Counted from the first letter of the stretch, positions 9,674-19,820 are shown. The stretch is 64,000 nucleotides of DNA from an uncultured bacterium (GCA_963819815.1 CAWFXL010000001.1:1312001-1376000), one strand, 5' to 3'. Notes: generated by a model from the sequence alone, not told the origin. Numbers and translations are program-made.

Positions 9674-10993
9674 ATGATATACGTAAGGCTCTTTGGTATT
9701 GTGATCGTATTAAGCATAGGATCAAGCTTATGTGCGATGCAAAAAACTTTGAAAGACTTGGCACTAGAGGCTATTCTGCATGATAATACGGGCGGTCTCG
9801 CTTTAGCAGTTGAGGAAAAAGAAAATGGAGTATACAATCATCCTTTTGAGATACGGCAACTGGTAAAGCTCAGGCATCTTAATGAAAACTTAACAGGTTT
9901 TTGGCAAACTATTCCCACAGCAATTCCTTTGTTTAAACGAACGGACAGGCATATATTAAGAGGACTTTCATTTTTGGGCACCTCAAAGTATGCCATGTCA
10001 GCCACAAAAAAAGGTTTGCTGCACGTATGGGATACTGAAGAGATAAAGTACGACGATGGCGGCAAAGCGGTTCCGGTAGCTGTTCACAGGACAGGTCATG
10101 ATGAATTATCGTCAATGGCGGTAAGCGTTGATGGAAAGTACTTTGCAACGGTGAGCGGTTCCCAAGTAGACCTGTGGATGGTAGGCATGTCGATTGCGCT
10201 ACCCTTTGGTTTGAGAGGGTCATGTAAGCACCCAAGAAGAATCTGTATGGTGTCATTTAATGGGCCGGATGCTGCTATGGTCACGGGAGATATCGAAGGG
10301 TACATGTATATTTGGAATCCTAACGATTTTGAAAATCCCGAGAAGGTTATTGAACCATATATTCGCTTTAATGGTCCTGATTGTGACTCATTTAAGAGAG
10401 TTCTTGCCTTACGCCTCTGTTCAGATGGGAAAACTTTCTTATCTGCTGGCTATACTCCCGTCGGTGACTGTATGCTACCTGTGATAAGAATCTCAGAACG
10501 AGCTACTGGAATGTGTACAAAGGAAATAGTGCTTGATTGTAAGACGATTATAGGTAAGGTTTCATTTATAGATGATACTCATGCTCTTACAAGTTTTACC
10601 AGTGGGGACCTTCTAATGACCGATATAGCTCTTGGAACCACCCGAACAGTTCATTTTGAAGATCTCTCTCTTGAAACAAGTGTTTTTAGTGACGATGGGC
10701 GTCATTTATTAACTGTAGGTAAGGATCATAGGGCGATACTTTGGCAATGGGGGAAAGATTATACATATGAGAAGATCAAAGAGTTTAAAGGTGATGGACT
10801 GATAATGAATCATTGTGCATTCAGAGCGGATGGAAATGTTTTCCTCGTGGGAAGTAGTATTGGTGCTCTTGATATGTGGTCAGTAACACAAGAATATAAT
10901 CGGTTGACTTTGGAAATGGCACAGTGCCTTACAAACATTACCAATTTGGTCACCCATCTGAAGGCCTATCAAAAGGTTAGTTTGAACGGATAA
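9674..10993 (+). CDS. Exported WD40-repeat protein with N-terminal BC-box-like motif
   Basis: LHVWD, VDLWM, MYIWN, AILWQ, LDMWS blade ends and SxDG turns. Signal peptide followed by MQKTLKDLALEAI. Confidence 0.8.
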   Translation: MIYVRLFGIVIVLSIGSSLCAMQKTLKDLALEAILHDNTGGLALAVEEKENGVYNHPFEIRQLVKLRHLNENLTGFWQTIPTAIPLFKRTDRHILRGLSFLGTSKYAMSATKKGLLHVWDTEEIKYDDGGKAVPVAVHRTGHDELSSMAVSVDGKYFATVSGSQVDLWMVGMSIALPFGLRGSCKHPRRICMVSFNGPDAAMVTGDIEGYMYIWNPNDFENPEKVIEPYIRFNGPDCDSFKRVLALRLCSDGKTFLSAGYTPVGDCMLPVIRISERATGMCTKEIVLDCKTIIGKVSFIDDTHALTSFTSGDLLMTDIALGTTRTVHFEDLSLETSVFSDDGRHLLTVGKDHRAILWQWGKDYTYEKIKEFKGDGLIMNHCAFRADGNVFLVGSSIGALDMWSVTQEYNRLTLEMAQCLTNITNLVTHLKAYQKVSLNG

Positions 10994-11023
10994 AAAGAAA
11001 TTTAAAAAAATATTATTAAATTA

Positions 11024-11053
11024 TTGACAAAAGTGGTCTGATTTGGGTAGGCT
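11024..11053 (+). promoter_or_regulatory. sigma70-type promoter
   Basis: TTGACA (11024-11029), 18 bp spacer, TAGGCT (11048-11053), preceded by an AT-rich UP-like tract. Confidence 0.6.
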
Positions 11054-11059
11054 AGTAGT

Positions 11060-11216
11060 AGATGGTGGCAAAAGAGCTGCCTTAAAAATAGCTGTGGTGT
11101 GTAGGCTTTCCGGAGGTACTATTGTTTTTTCGGTTAAACAAAAGCAAACGCATTACAGCTTTTTGGTATCATATATTTTGGTTGAGTTCTTGAGAGGACT
11201 CGACTGATATTTTTTT
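11060..11216 (+). ncRNA. Candidate structured small RNA or attenuator leader
   Basis: Three hairpins with G-U pairs on the + strand, lying between a promoter and a hairpin plus U-tract. No family recognised. Confidence 0.4.
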
Positions 11217-11252
11217 AACAGCATGCCGATAGTGGTGTGCAAGGAGAATCGT

Positions 11253-11459
11253 ATGAAGAAGATGCTATGTATGGTTGCTGGGTTACTTACCGTAATTGGG
11301 GCGATCAATTGGGGTCTTGTAGGTCTTTTTGATGTTAACCTTGTCCAAAAGTTAGTTGGAACAATGCCTCAGGTCGAAAAAATTATCTATATCCTTATAG
11401 GGATAGCAGGTCTTGTGTCTGGTGCATTCTTGTTTCAAGATCATGGTCACAAAGACTAA
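11253..11459 (+). CDS. DUF378 family small membrane protein
   Basis: IGAINWGLVGLFDVNLV...IIYILIGIAG. RBS AAGGAG before ATG 11253. Confidence 0.9.
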   Translation: MKKMLCMVAGLLTVIGAINWGLVGLFDVNLVQKLVGTMPQVEKIIYILIGIAGLVSGAFLFQDHGHKD

Positions 11460-11483
11460 TTCAGCAGCTCACTAATAATGAAT

Positions 11484-11510
11484 AGAGCCCGCTCATTGCG
11501 GGCTTTCTTC
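11484..11510 (+). terminator. Intrinsic terminator
   Basis: agagcccgc-tcatt-gcgggcttt followed by a pyrimidine tract. Confidence 0.6.
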
Positions 11511-11573
11511 ATTTCTAATAATTCTTGCATTTCATCTTAAAAAAGCCTTACCCTAGATAATAGGGGAGGAATT

Positions 11574-12473
11574 ATGAGGCATACGATTGCGATAATCGGT
11601 GTTGGTGCAGTTGGCTCTGCAGTGGCGAATGCGATTATCGGTCTTAATATTTCAGCAGATCTTATTTTACTCGATAAAGATGAAGTCCGGTGCGCAGGGG
11701 AGGTTCGTGATCTTTCTGATTCGCTCGGTTTTTCATTAACGTCGCGTGTTATTCAGGGAACGTATGATGAGATCAAGAAGGCCCATATCGTTATTATGTG
11801 TGCGGGTAGGCCTCAAAAACCTGGCGAAAGCCGGCTTGCGCTTCTTGAAACCAATAAAGGCATTCTCGATGATGTGCTTGGAAAGCTTGCTGGGTTACGC
11901 AAGGATGCTGTTGTTATTATGGTAGCAAATCCGTTGGATGTTTTGACGTTTTGCACGCTCAAACAGCTTGATATACCTCGTAAACAGGTTTTTGGGACTG
12001 GTACATATGTAGATTCTCAGCGACTTAAACAATTATTAGGTTCTGAGCTCTCGATTTCAGAAAGGTCTATTGAGGCCTTTGTCCTTGGTGAACATGGAGA
12101 TTCGCAGGTTGTTGCCTGGTCAGCTACACGTATAGCAGGGAATCCAGTAGAGCAATTTGGGATTACTCCATTACGACAGATAGAACTTGGAAATCGAGTG
12201 AAACAGATAGCGTATGAAATTATCGATGCTAAAGGAGCAGCAGTTTTTGGCATTGCAGCGACAGTTGCCCGTTTGTGTGAAATGATATTGTATAATACGC
12301 GCCAAATAGTGCCTGTTTCATGGTATCATGAAGAATTTGGGGTATGTATGAGCTTGCCCATGCTCCTTACGGAGAAAGGGATTGAAAAAACAACTCAGTT
12401 TGCTTTTACAAAAAAAGAGCTTGAAGAGCTTGAAAAATCTGCTGAGATCTTACGTGCCTACCAGAAAATCTAA
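11574..12473 (+). CDS. ldh: L-lactate/malate dehydrogenase family protein
   Basis: GVGAVG, AGRPQKPGESRLAL (Q at the LDH specificity position), ANPLD, GEHGDS. Confidence 0.85.
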   Translation: MRHTIAIIGVGAVGSAVANAIIGLNISADLILLDKDEVRCAGEVRDLSDSLGFSLTSRVIQGTYDEIKKAHIVIMCAGRPQKPGESRLALLETNKGILDDVLGKLAGLRKDAVVIMVANPLDVLTFCTLKQLDIPRKQVFGTGTYVDSQRLKQLLGSELSISERSIEAFVLGEHGDSQVVAWSATRIAGNPVEQFGITPLRQIELGNRVKQIAYEIIDAKGAAVFGIAATVARLCEMILYNTRQIVPVSWYHEEFGVCMSLPMLLTEKGIEKTTQFAFTKKELEELEKSAEILRAYQKI

Positions 12474-12548
12474 TGCTAAATTAATTGTATACACGTAATC
12501 TCCAACTCTCTTGTTAAAGAAGACATGAAATGTGCACTATTATTCTTT

Positions 12549-13520
12549 TCAATGATTTACCCCACATTTCTTAAGAAAATCAAGGATATCGCGCCGAATT
12601 GTTTGCCAAAATGTTTCAAGCTCTGCATCAGTGCCTTGGAAGTAGGGATCTGCAAGGGATGGGTCTGAGCGCAATACCCATGAATGATCCATAAAGCTTA
12701 TATGACGAGAACCAGCATATACCTTTACCGTATGACCACTCTTTGTTAATTGATCGAGCGTTCCCATTTCTTTTTGGTACGCTGTTCTCTCTTCAGATAG
12801 GCATAGTAACAAGGGAAAGTTCATATGACACGGATAATCAAACTCGCCGTCAATAAAAACAATACACTCTTTCACCTGCTCAGTAGGAGCGCTGTGTGGA
12901 AGTAGATAGGTTGCCTCGGGTCTAAACACGCCCGATAGCCTCTGAGAAAGCATCAGTAATGCGTTACCACCCATGGAATGGCCTATAAGGCCAATCTTGT
13001 TGCATGTTATTTTGTTTTCAAAGAGGGTGCTTTGGTGGTGTTCTATCCAATTGAAAATAAAGAGGAGATTATCTATAATTCGCGCATGTTTAGAGAAAGA
13101 TCTTCCTCTAAGGAATGCTGGTATCTTAGTATCGGTATCGAGTTGATGTTGTGGTGAGACAACTATATATCCATGGGATGCTAACTCTTCAGCTATCATT
13201 GCATAATCGGTTGCGGCGACAAAATTGCCATGATTAAGGAAAATAAGTGGATGCTTGCCGGGTGCTAGCTCTGAAAGGGGCGATGGCTTACTGTATCCCT
13301 GAACTACTAAAGGAGGAAATTTCTTGGGGGCACGCGGTTCTAATACTTTGTTCTGAGGGATATGCTCTCCTTGTGCAGTTGGAAAGTATATATGCAGAGG
13401 GATAGGTCGGCCCTGAGGGTAAGGAGCTTCACATCTTGTAGTATCAAATAGCTCAATGCGGTATAAGCCGACTGTGTTGCTACCGGTAGGTTGTAATAAG
13501 GTCAATCTATCTGTTTTCAT
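12549..13520 (-). CDS. Alpha/beta hydrolase (PAF-acetylhydrolase/chlorophyllase-like)
   Basis: PLIFLNHG, LASHGYIVV, GHSMGG nucleophile elbow, HISFMD. Confidence 0.8.
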   Translation of the reverse strand: MKTDRLTLLQPTGSNTVGLYRIELFDTTRCEAPYPQGRPIPLHIYFPTAQGEHIPQNKVLEPRAPKKFPPLVVQGYSKPSPLSELAPGKHPLIFLNHGNFVAATDYAMIAEELASHGYIVVSPQHQLDTDTKIPAFLRGRSFSKHARIIDNLLFIFNWIEHHQSTLFENKITCNKIGLIGHSMGGNALLMLSQRLSGVFRPEATYLLPHSAPTEQVKECIVFIDGEFDYPCHMNFPLLLCLSEERTAYQKEMGTLDQLTKSGHTVKVYAGSRHISFMDHSWVLRSDPSLADPYFQGTDAELETFWQTIRRDILDFLKKCGVNH

Positions 13521-13584
13521 AGCCTACTTCCCTGTGCATAGAGGGTTTCCTTGGCATGTGTATTGGTTCGGCTCATGCTAACTA

Positions 13585-14223
13585 TCAAGAGCCAAACTTA
13601 GCCTTCATCTTTGAGTATTTAATCGGGCTATCCATACTAGTAGCTCCACCACATTCCTGGTCTTGGACGGTATGAGAAATAATCTTAAACTGATGCTTAC
13701 TTAGTAGATCTCGGTAGCTCTGTGCGCTCAGTGATGCATGGTAGAGCTTTTCGCCACCACTCTCTCCCCACATCTCATCCTCTTGATGGCCAGAGGTAAA
13801 CATCAAGATGCCCTGTGGACTAAGATGCTCGGCAAAAACTCGAAACATGCTTTTTTGATAATCCTGGCTTACATGAAATAAACTATGCCAGACGATAATG
13901 CCATCAAAGGTCTCACCAAGAGCGAGACTTCGCATGTCTGCATGTATGAATCTGCTTTCAGGAAGCCTTTCGCGTGCAAGTGCAATGAGCTTCTGACTGC
14001 CTTCAACTCCAGTTACCTGAAGTCCGCGACTAATTAAGTATTGTGTAATGGGCTCACCCATGCCACAGCCTACATCAAGAATATGAGCGCCAGGTTTTAA
14101 GAGGGAAATGAATTTGTCAAGATAGGGCTTCTCAAAAAGTTCTCGAGATCGATGTTCATCAAACCAGTCAGCGATCTTATCGTATGTTTTAAAGACATCA
14201 TTTTTGTTTGCCATAGGTACCAC
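13585..14223 (-). CDS. Class I SAM-dependent methyltransferase
   Basis: ILDVGCGMG, ADMR, FDGIIVWHSLFH, LYHASL. The C-terminus is probably altered by a 1-bp indel (expected GGATVWIA). Confidence 0.88.
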   Translation of the reverse strand: MVPMANKNDVFKTYDKIADWFDEHRSRELFEKPYLDKFISLLKPGAHILDVGCGMGEPITQYLISRGLQVTGVEGSQKLIALARERLPESRFIHADMRSLALGETFDGIIVWHSLFHVSQDYQKSMFRVFAEHLSPQGILMFTSGHQEDEMWGESGGEKLYHASLSAQSYRDLLSKHQFKIISHTVQDQECGGATSMDSPIKYSKMKAKFGS

Positions 14224-14262
14224 CTTGCGATAATTTTTAGATTCTTGAGTAAGCTTAGCCGA

Positions 14263-14754
14263 TCATCTATTTCTTCCGATATACCATCGGTAGAGGTAAC
14301 TGCTTGCTACTCCCAAGAAATACCCAGAAAACAATACGGTTACAGGAGCTTCGAAAAAGATATACGAGTAAGCCAAATCAGGATGGGTTGCCTTAAGGTA
14401 CCCAAAAGCATACTTTATGCAAAAGAAGAGCATCAAGGTGATAAAGGTAGTGTACGTTCCGGCAATCTCGATAGATCGGTGGTTAATCACTTTTATAGGA
14501 ATTCTCTGAGTTAAGAAATAACCCACAATGCATCCGCAGATCAAAGATATAAACGTAAGCACTACAGAGGTATCTGATAGATTCAATCGATAGAGTAACC
14601 CAAAAATAAGAACCGGTGTAATAAGCAATCTCGGTACATATACCACACGCTTGTGCATGGCCAGAATACCAATAATGAGAAGATAGCAAAGCACCACCCA
14701 GACCCATACTGGAGTACCTTGAAATGCTGAAAGAACAGATTGAATTGGACTCAT
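14263..14754 (-). CDS. Integral membrane protein (DUF1453/CcdC-like)
   Basis: GTPVWVW N-terminus, about 5 TM segments, FFCIKYAFGY. Confidence 0.6.
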   Translation of the reverse strand: MSPIQSVLSAFQGTPVWVWVVLCYLLIIGILAMHKRVVYVPRLLITPVLIFGLLYRLNLSDTSVVLTFISLICGCIVGYFLTQRIPIKVINHRSIEIAGTYTTFITLMLFFCIKYAFGYLKATHPDLAYSYIFFEAPVTVLFSGYFLGVASSYLYRWYIGRNR

Positions 14755-14935
14755 ACGTTACCTTACCTGTATAGGTATCCTTCTTAAATGCCGTCACCTA
14801 AGTATAGCATAAGCAGAAAGGCTCGTCATGGTCTTTCCTGCTTTACACTTTGGCATGCTGGCCTATACTTTGCAAGTAACAAGGTCTTTGTTGTACATGA
14901 GGATTAATTTTTCTGCAACGTGAGCTGGAGTATTT

Positions 14936-15502
14936 ATGGATGAGCCTTTATACGATATAAGCCGAGTAAATCCTCGGATTATTCTTGATATTAAATACGC
15001 AACAGCGGATAATTTTGTCGGAAAGCCAGTCTACACATGTGCTAAGGCATATCTCAGAAAGTCCGTTGCCCTGAAGCTTGACCATGTGCAACAGAAGCTT
15101 GAAAAAAAAGGTTTAGGCCTCAAAATCTGGGATGCATATCGGCCGTTTTACGTACAGCAGCTTTTGTGGGATATTGTTCCCGATGAACGCTATGTTGCGG
15201 ATCCTAAGAAAGGATCGGTTCATAATCGAGGTGCTGCTGTTGACTTGACGCTGGTAGATGCTCAAGGGTGTGAGCTTGCTATGCCGACTGCTTTTGATGA
15301 TTTTACTAAAAAAGCTCATCATGATTACGAAGATCTCCCTCAGGAAGTACTTGCTAACCGCAAACTCCTTATTGCTGTCATGGTAGCTGAAGGATTTACT
15401 CCGCTAGCAACTGAGTGGTGGCACTATAACGATAGCGCCGCTGAGGCCTATCCTCTTTCATCTACAACTTTTGAGGAGCTTGCTGCTCAAGACCCTTCTT
15501 AA
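14936..15502 (+). CDS. ddpX: D-alanyl-D-alanine dipeptidase (M15D, VanX/DdpX)
   Basis: YATADNFVG, DAYRP, SVHNRGAAVDLTL, EWWHY. Confidence 0.93.
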   Translation: MDEPLYDISRVNPRIILDIKYATADNFVGKPVYTCAKAYLRKSVALKLDHVQQKLEKKGLGLKIWDAYRPFYVQQLLWDIVPDERYVADPKKGSVHNRGAAVDLTLVDAQGCELAMPTAFDDFTKKAHHDYEDLPQEVLANRKLLIAVMVAEGFTPLATEWWHYNDSAAEAYPLSSTTFEELAAQDPS

Positions 15503-16904
15503 CTTGGTCTGAAAGGCTGGCAAGATTCGATTCCCCTTCAATTCGGGATACTTCTTTACCATTTTTTATGAGTAAGAATGCGGGAATAAGATTAATATCA
15601 TAGAGCTCAATAAGGCTATAGAGCTTATCTTTGTCGATTTTGTAGACATTAAGAGCTTCCTTATAGTTCTCTGTTATCGTGGTAAGAGGACCTTCCATTT
15701 TCCTGCAGGAGGGGCATCCGGGTGCATAAAATTCAAGAAGCACCGGCTTTGGTTCCATAAGTACCCGCCCAAATTCGCTTAGGGTAGTGATATACTTAAT
15801 AGACGGATGAGGTATGACCGGAGGGGTATAGGTATTTGAAGAAAGCAATGGACGCAACGTGCTATCAAAACCCCATTTTGAAAGCCAGGAAAGGGCATCC
15901 ATACCAGCTTTAGTACCATCGCCAGCAATTGTAGCAATCTGGCGATACGTTGGGTCAGAGACTGTTCCTGCTGCCATGATACCTTCTAGGGCAGTGTTTT
16001 GACTACGTGAGCACTCTTTAAGGGTTACGCATCCATCTTTGGTAATATCTATCTTACCTTTGAAAAGCTCAATATTTGGCGTAAGTCCTGTTGACAAGAA
16101 GATGCAGCTCGTCGGGAACGGGCTTGTTTCATGAGTAACTGTATCATAGAGCATAATATGAGTTATTCCTTTTTCATCTCCTACTATTTCTTTCACTTCT
16201 TTATTATAGAGTAGCGATATAGCTTCGAGTCCTTTGATCTTTTCTTGCATGCTTTCATGTGCGGTCATACGTGGACCAGGTACGATGAGTGTACTATGAC
16301 GTGCTTCAGGTAAGAGCTGCAGAGCACGTTGAATTGCTATGTCTCCCCCTCCAATAATCACCGCATCCTTGCCACGCGCATATGAGCCATCGCATAGTCC
16401 GCAAGAGAAAAGCCCTTTACCCCAATAGGTCTGTTCTCCCTCAATACCAAGCATTGCTTGAGTTGAGCCAGTGGCTATTATAACGGTTAATGCATAGACA
16501 TGGGTGCCATTGTTAAGAGTGAGTTTGTATGGCCATGAGGTTACATCGAGATCGTCAACCATGAGAGGGACTATCAGCGTGCCAAATTCACGTGCTTGAT
16601 GTTCTAATTTCTCCATGGCTGCTGCTCCACTGAGTTTTTCAAGGCCAGGCCAGTTTTCAACTACTTGGGCTTCGGCTAATTCGCCTCCAGGTTTCGGCCC
16701 TTGGAATACTACAGGTTGATATCCTGATCGTGCAGGGGGTAGAGCGGCAGCTAGTCCTGTTGGACCTCCACCAATAATAGCCACAGCAACTAGAGGAATC
16801 TTATGTGAGATCGAGGCAGGGATCTCTGACGAATCAATAGGCGCAAAAAGGGTCGAATATCCAAGGAATGAGACTAAGATTAACTTTCCTAGTGAAGACT
16901 TCAT
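15462..16904 (-). CDS. Thioredoxin reductase-thioredoxin fusion with signal peptide
   Basis: GGGPTG, VENWPG, IIATG, CGLCDG, GGGDIA, C-terminal Trx domain EFYAPGCPSC. Confidence 0.88.
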   Translation of the reverse strand: MKSSLGKLILVSFLGYSTLFAPIDSSEIPASISHKIPLVAVAIIGGGPTGLAAALPPARSGYQPVVFQGPKPGGELAEAQVVENWPGLEKLSGAAAMEKLEHQAREFGTLIVPLMVDDLDVTSWPYKLTLNNGTHVYALTVIIATGSTQAMLGIEGEQTYWGKGLFSCGLCDGSYARGKDAVIIGGGDIAIQRALQLLPEARHSTLIVPGPRMTAHESMQEKIKGLEAISLLYNKEVKEIVGDEKGITHIMLYDTVTHETSPFPTSCIFLSTGLTPNIELFKGKIDITKDGCVTLKECSRSQNTALEGIMAAGTVSDPTYRQIATIAGDGTKAGMDALSWLSKWGFDSTLRPLLSSNTYTPPVIPHPSIKYITTLSEFGRVLMEPKPVLLEFYAPGCPSCRKMEGPLTTITENYKEALNVYKIDKDKLYSLIELYDINLIPAFLLIKNGKEVSRIEGESNLASLSDQVKKGLEQQAPQKL

Positions 16905-16913
16905 GATGCCACC

Positions 16914-17228
16914 TTATTGTATCGTTTTACATAAAGCATGTAATGATTTTTCCATCACGGGAATACTTTTTTCTAGTTCTGCAATCTCTTTCTTCAGTTC
17001 AGAAATTCGCTCCGGTCGAGAATGAAGTGATTTCTGCTCATACTCAGGAGTATTGCGATTTTCTTCAAGTAATATGAGCTCTTCCTTGGTCTTACGTAGA
17101 TGTGCTTGAGTCATTTCAAGTCTTTTCTGCGCAAATGCACATTTAGTACTTGGACTCAGATTCATGTGATCTGCGTGGACCAGGTGTGCTAGAGAGAATA
17201 TGCCTATAAGCATGACTAGTTTCTTCAT
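16914..17228 (-). CDS. Small exported coiled-coil protein
   Basis: Signal peptide ...LVHA, helical body with two Cys, 9 bp upstream of the TrxR fusion. Confidence 0.65.
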   Translation of the reverse strand: MKKLVMLIGIFSLAHLVHADHMNLSPSTKCAFAQKRLEMTQAHLRKTKEELILLEENRNTPEYEQKSLHSRPERISELKKEIAELEKSIPVMEKSLHALCKTIQ

Positions 17229-17408
17229 CAGATATACCCTTTTTTTATATTGGCTTGCCTTAATCTTATCTTAGCAAATAGCACATGATAAATTCAATAG
17301 TTTTTCAGATTGGCATTAATGCGTAAATAAGTGAGATCTTGTGGGCATTATCTGATGGTATATACTAGACTTATAACATGCATGAACATTATTCCTCGGA
17401 GGGGTCAT

Positions 17409-19490
17409 ATGCTGAAAGCATTCTATGTGGTAGGAGCTGTGCTCTTATTCTTTATCTGTGCCTATATTCTTCTTAATAGAATGAGCAGTTCAATCATAGC
17501 TCGCCCCTGCGTTTCTCAATTGCCTCAAATTCACGAGCTCTTTCCCACTACCAAAGTAGGCGTTGAGGATATGGTTACTGCTACTATTGCTCGCACCCAG
17601 AAGTTTCTTGATCAAATATACCCTATAGATGACAACGCAAGGACTTTTGATAATACGGTTGTTCCGTTTGATAAGGCTTATGAGGAACTTTCTATAACCC
17701 AATCTGCTATGTATATCCTCTCTGTGGGGAGTTCTGATGAAAAATTAAGAAAGGCAGCAGAAAAAGGATATTCTCGCCTTGAGGAGTATGCAATTGATAC
17801 CCTCTTATTAAATGAGAAATTATTTCGAGCTATTCTTGCTTATCAACAAAGATTAGAAACAGAAAAGCATGAATCGCTCAGTCCTGAGCGACTCTATTTT
17901 TTGGATAAGATTCTTAAGGAGTTTAAAAGGAGTGGTCTACAGCTTGAAAAAGAGAAGCAAGATCGTGTAAGAGCACTAAAAAAAGAGTTATCCGATCTAC
18001 AGATAGCCTTTGATACGAATATATCTGCCTCACGACGAAATATAGAGGTTTCAAAGGATGAATTGAAAGGGCTTGATGATGCTTTTATTAATTCTTTTAA
18101 GCGCTCAGAGAATGGATCCTATATTCTTACCGTTGATCAATCCCTTGTTTCGCGGGTCCTTGAACGATGTCTTGTAGAGAATACGCGGAAGAATCTCTAT
18201 CATGCGTATATGCAAAGGGCCTACCCTGAAAATGAGAAGGTATTAGAGCAGATAATAGCAGTAAGTGATGAGCTCGCAAAAATTCTAGGGTATACAAGCT
18301 CTGCACAGTATATATTAGAGAATCAGATGGCCAAGAACCCTGAAAGAGTCGATGGGTTTCTTGATATTATGCTTAAAAGGGCCTATCCAAAAGCGCAAAA
18401 AGAGTTGGAGCTTTTCTTAAAAGATCTTCCACCCTCAGTCACTCTAAAAGATGGCAAGATTCAACCTTGGGATGTTCCCTTAGTTTACGAATGGTATAAG
18501 AGGAAACATTTCCAAGTAGATGAAACAAAAATTGCTGAGTATTTTCCCCTAGATTATACCCTGCCCGCTCTTCTTAAGGTCTATGAAGAGTTTTTTGGTA
18601 TCTGCTTTACAAATATGAAGAAGATGCATCTGTGGTATGACGATTTGCAGGCGTATGCTGTATATAAGAAGGGGCATTATCGAGGTATGATAATTCTTGA
18701 TTTATTTCCAAGACCACATAAATATACTCATGCAGGCTATGTGAGAATCGTTCCTGCACTTGAAGAGCCAGATGGCCGCATACTGCCAGGTGTAGGGGTA
18801 CTTTTTCTCAATTTTACCGCTTCAAAGCCAGGTCAGCCCACCTTGCTTAAGCGTTCTGAAGTTCGAACTTTTTTCCACGAATTTGGCCATGCCATTCACT
18901 CACTTCTTGGAGCCACTGAATTTGCAACTACTTCAGGAACTGCTACAAAGCAAGACTTTGTTGAGATGCCATCACAGATGCTTGAGCAGTGGTTGTGGGA
19001 TCCTCAGATTCTTAAGGCAGTAAGTTCCCACGTAACAACCAAGGAGCCATTGCCGGATGAGATTATTAAAAATTGTATCGCCAGCAAGCATGTGGGAACA
19101 GGGGATTCGATGCTGAGACAAATATCTTTTGCAAGACTTTCTCTTGATTACTATCTTGGGGGGCAGAAGCCAGTTGAGGCCCTATGGCGCTCAGTAACTG
19201 AAAAAATCCGTCCCTACATCGTTTCCGATCCACTTAATAAAGGGTATTGTTCCTTTGTGCATCTTTCAGGCTATGGTCCGAACTACTATGGGTACCTCTG
19301 GTCGGAGGTATTTGCTTTAGATCTGTTTGCGCAGATTAAGCAACATGGGCTACGAAACCCTGAGATTGGCGCAAAATACGTAAATGAAGTGTTAAGTAAG
19401 GGTGGCGGTACTGATCCTGAAGAACTGTTGAGAACGTTCCTCGGGCGTGAGCCTTCTACTGATGCCTTCTTTAAGGACTTAGGCCTTTAG
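17409..19490 (+). CDS. M3A oligopeptidase (thimet oligopeptidase-like) with N-terminal membrane anchor
   Basis: FFHEFGHAIH, DFVEMPSQMLE, YYGYLWSEV. RBS GGAGGGG before ATG 17409. Confidence 0.93.
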   Translation: MLKAFYVVGAVLLFFICAYILLNRMSSSIIARPCVSQLPQIHELFPTTKVGVEDMVTATIARTQKFLDQIYPIDDNARTFDNTVVPFDKAYEELSITQSAMYILSVGSSDEKLRKAAEKGYSRLEEYAIDTLLLNEKLFRAILAYQQRLETEKHESLSPERLYFLDKILKEFKRSGLQLEKEKQDRVRALKKELSDLQIAFDTNISASRRNIEVSKDELKGLDDAFINSFKRSENGSYILTVDQSLVSRVLERCLVENTRKNLYHAYMQRAYPENEKVLEQIIAVSDELAKILGYTSSAQYILENQMAKNPERVDGFLDIMLKRAYPKAQKELELFLKDLPPSVTLKDGKIQPWDVPLVYEWYKRKHFQVDETKIAEYFPLDYTLPALLKVYEEFFGICFTNMKKMHLWYDDLQAYAVYKKGHYRGMIILDLFPRPHKYTHAGYVRIVPALEEPDGRILPGVGVLFLNFTASKPGQPTLLKRSEVRTFFHEFGHAIHSLLGATEFATTSGTATKQDFVEMPSQMLEQWLWDPQILKAVSSHVTTKEPLPDEIIKNCIASKHVGTGDSMLRQISFARLSLDYYLGGQKPVEALWRSVTEKIRPYIVSDPLNKGYCSFVHLSGYGPNYYGYLWSEVFALDLFAQIKQHGLRNPEIGAKYVNEVLSKGGGTDPEELLRTFLGREPSTDAFFKDLGL

Positions 19491-19541
19491 ATTAAGGCTT
19501 GTGCATCATTGAAAGATTTAGGCTTTATGAAAGGTGTTGCG

Positions 19542-19820
19542 ATGAACAGTCTCTTTAAGCAGAGAGTGCTTGAGGTCGTATACTCAATACCTGAAGGAAC
19601 CACCTTAAGCTACAAAGAGGTGGCAGAGCGTGCAGGTAGTCCCCGAGCTTTTAGAGCTGTCGGGACTATTATGAAACAAAATAATAATCCTGCTATCCCA
19701 TGCCACAGAGTTATCTGCTCTGATGGGTCGCCTGGTGGCTATAACCGAGGCGTTGAGAAAAAGAAGGTACTCTTAGAGGCTGAACGAAAAAAGGCACTAA
19801 GTGCAACGTTAGAGCTTTAG
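19542..19820 (+). CDS. MGMT family (methylated-DNA-protein cysteine methyltransferase) protein
   Basis: SYKEVA, RAVG, IPCHRVI. Confidence 0.9.
   Translation: MNSLFKQRVLEVVYSIPEGTTLSYKEVAERAGSPRAFRAVGTIMKQNNNPAIPCHRVICSDGSPGGYNRGVEKKKVLLEAERKKALSATLEL

Noticed and set aside
15462..15502. 41-bp convergent overlap of ddpX and the TrxR fusion
   Set aside because: Short tail-to-tail overlaps are common, and both domains are complete before the overlap
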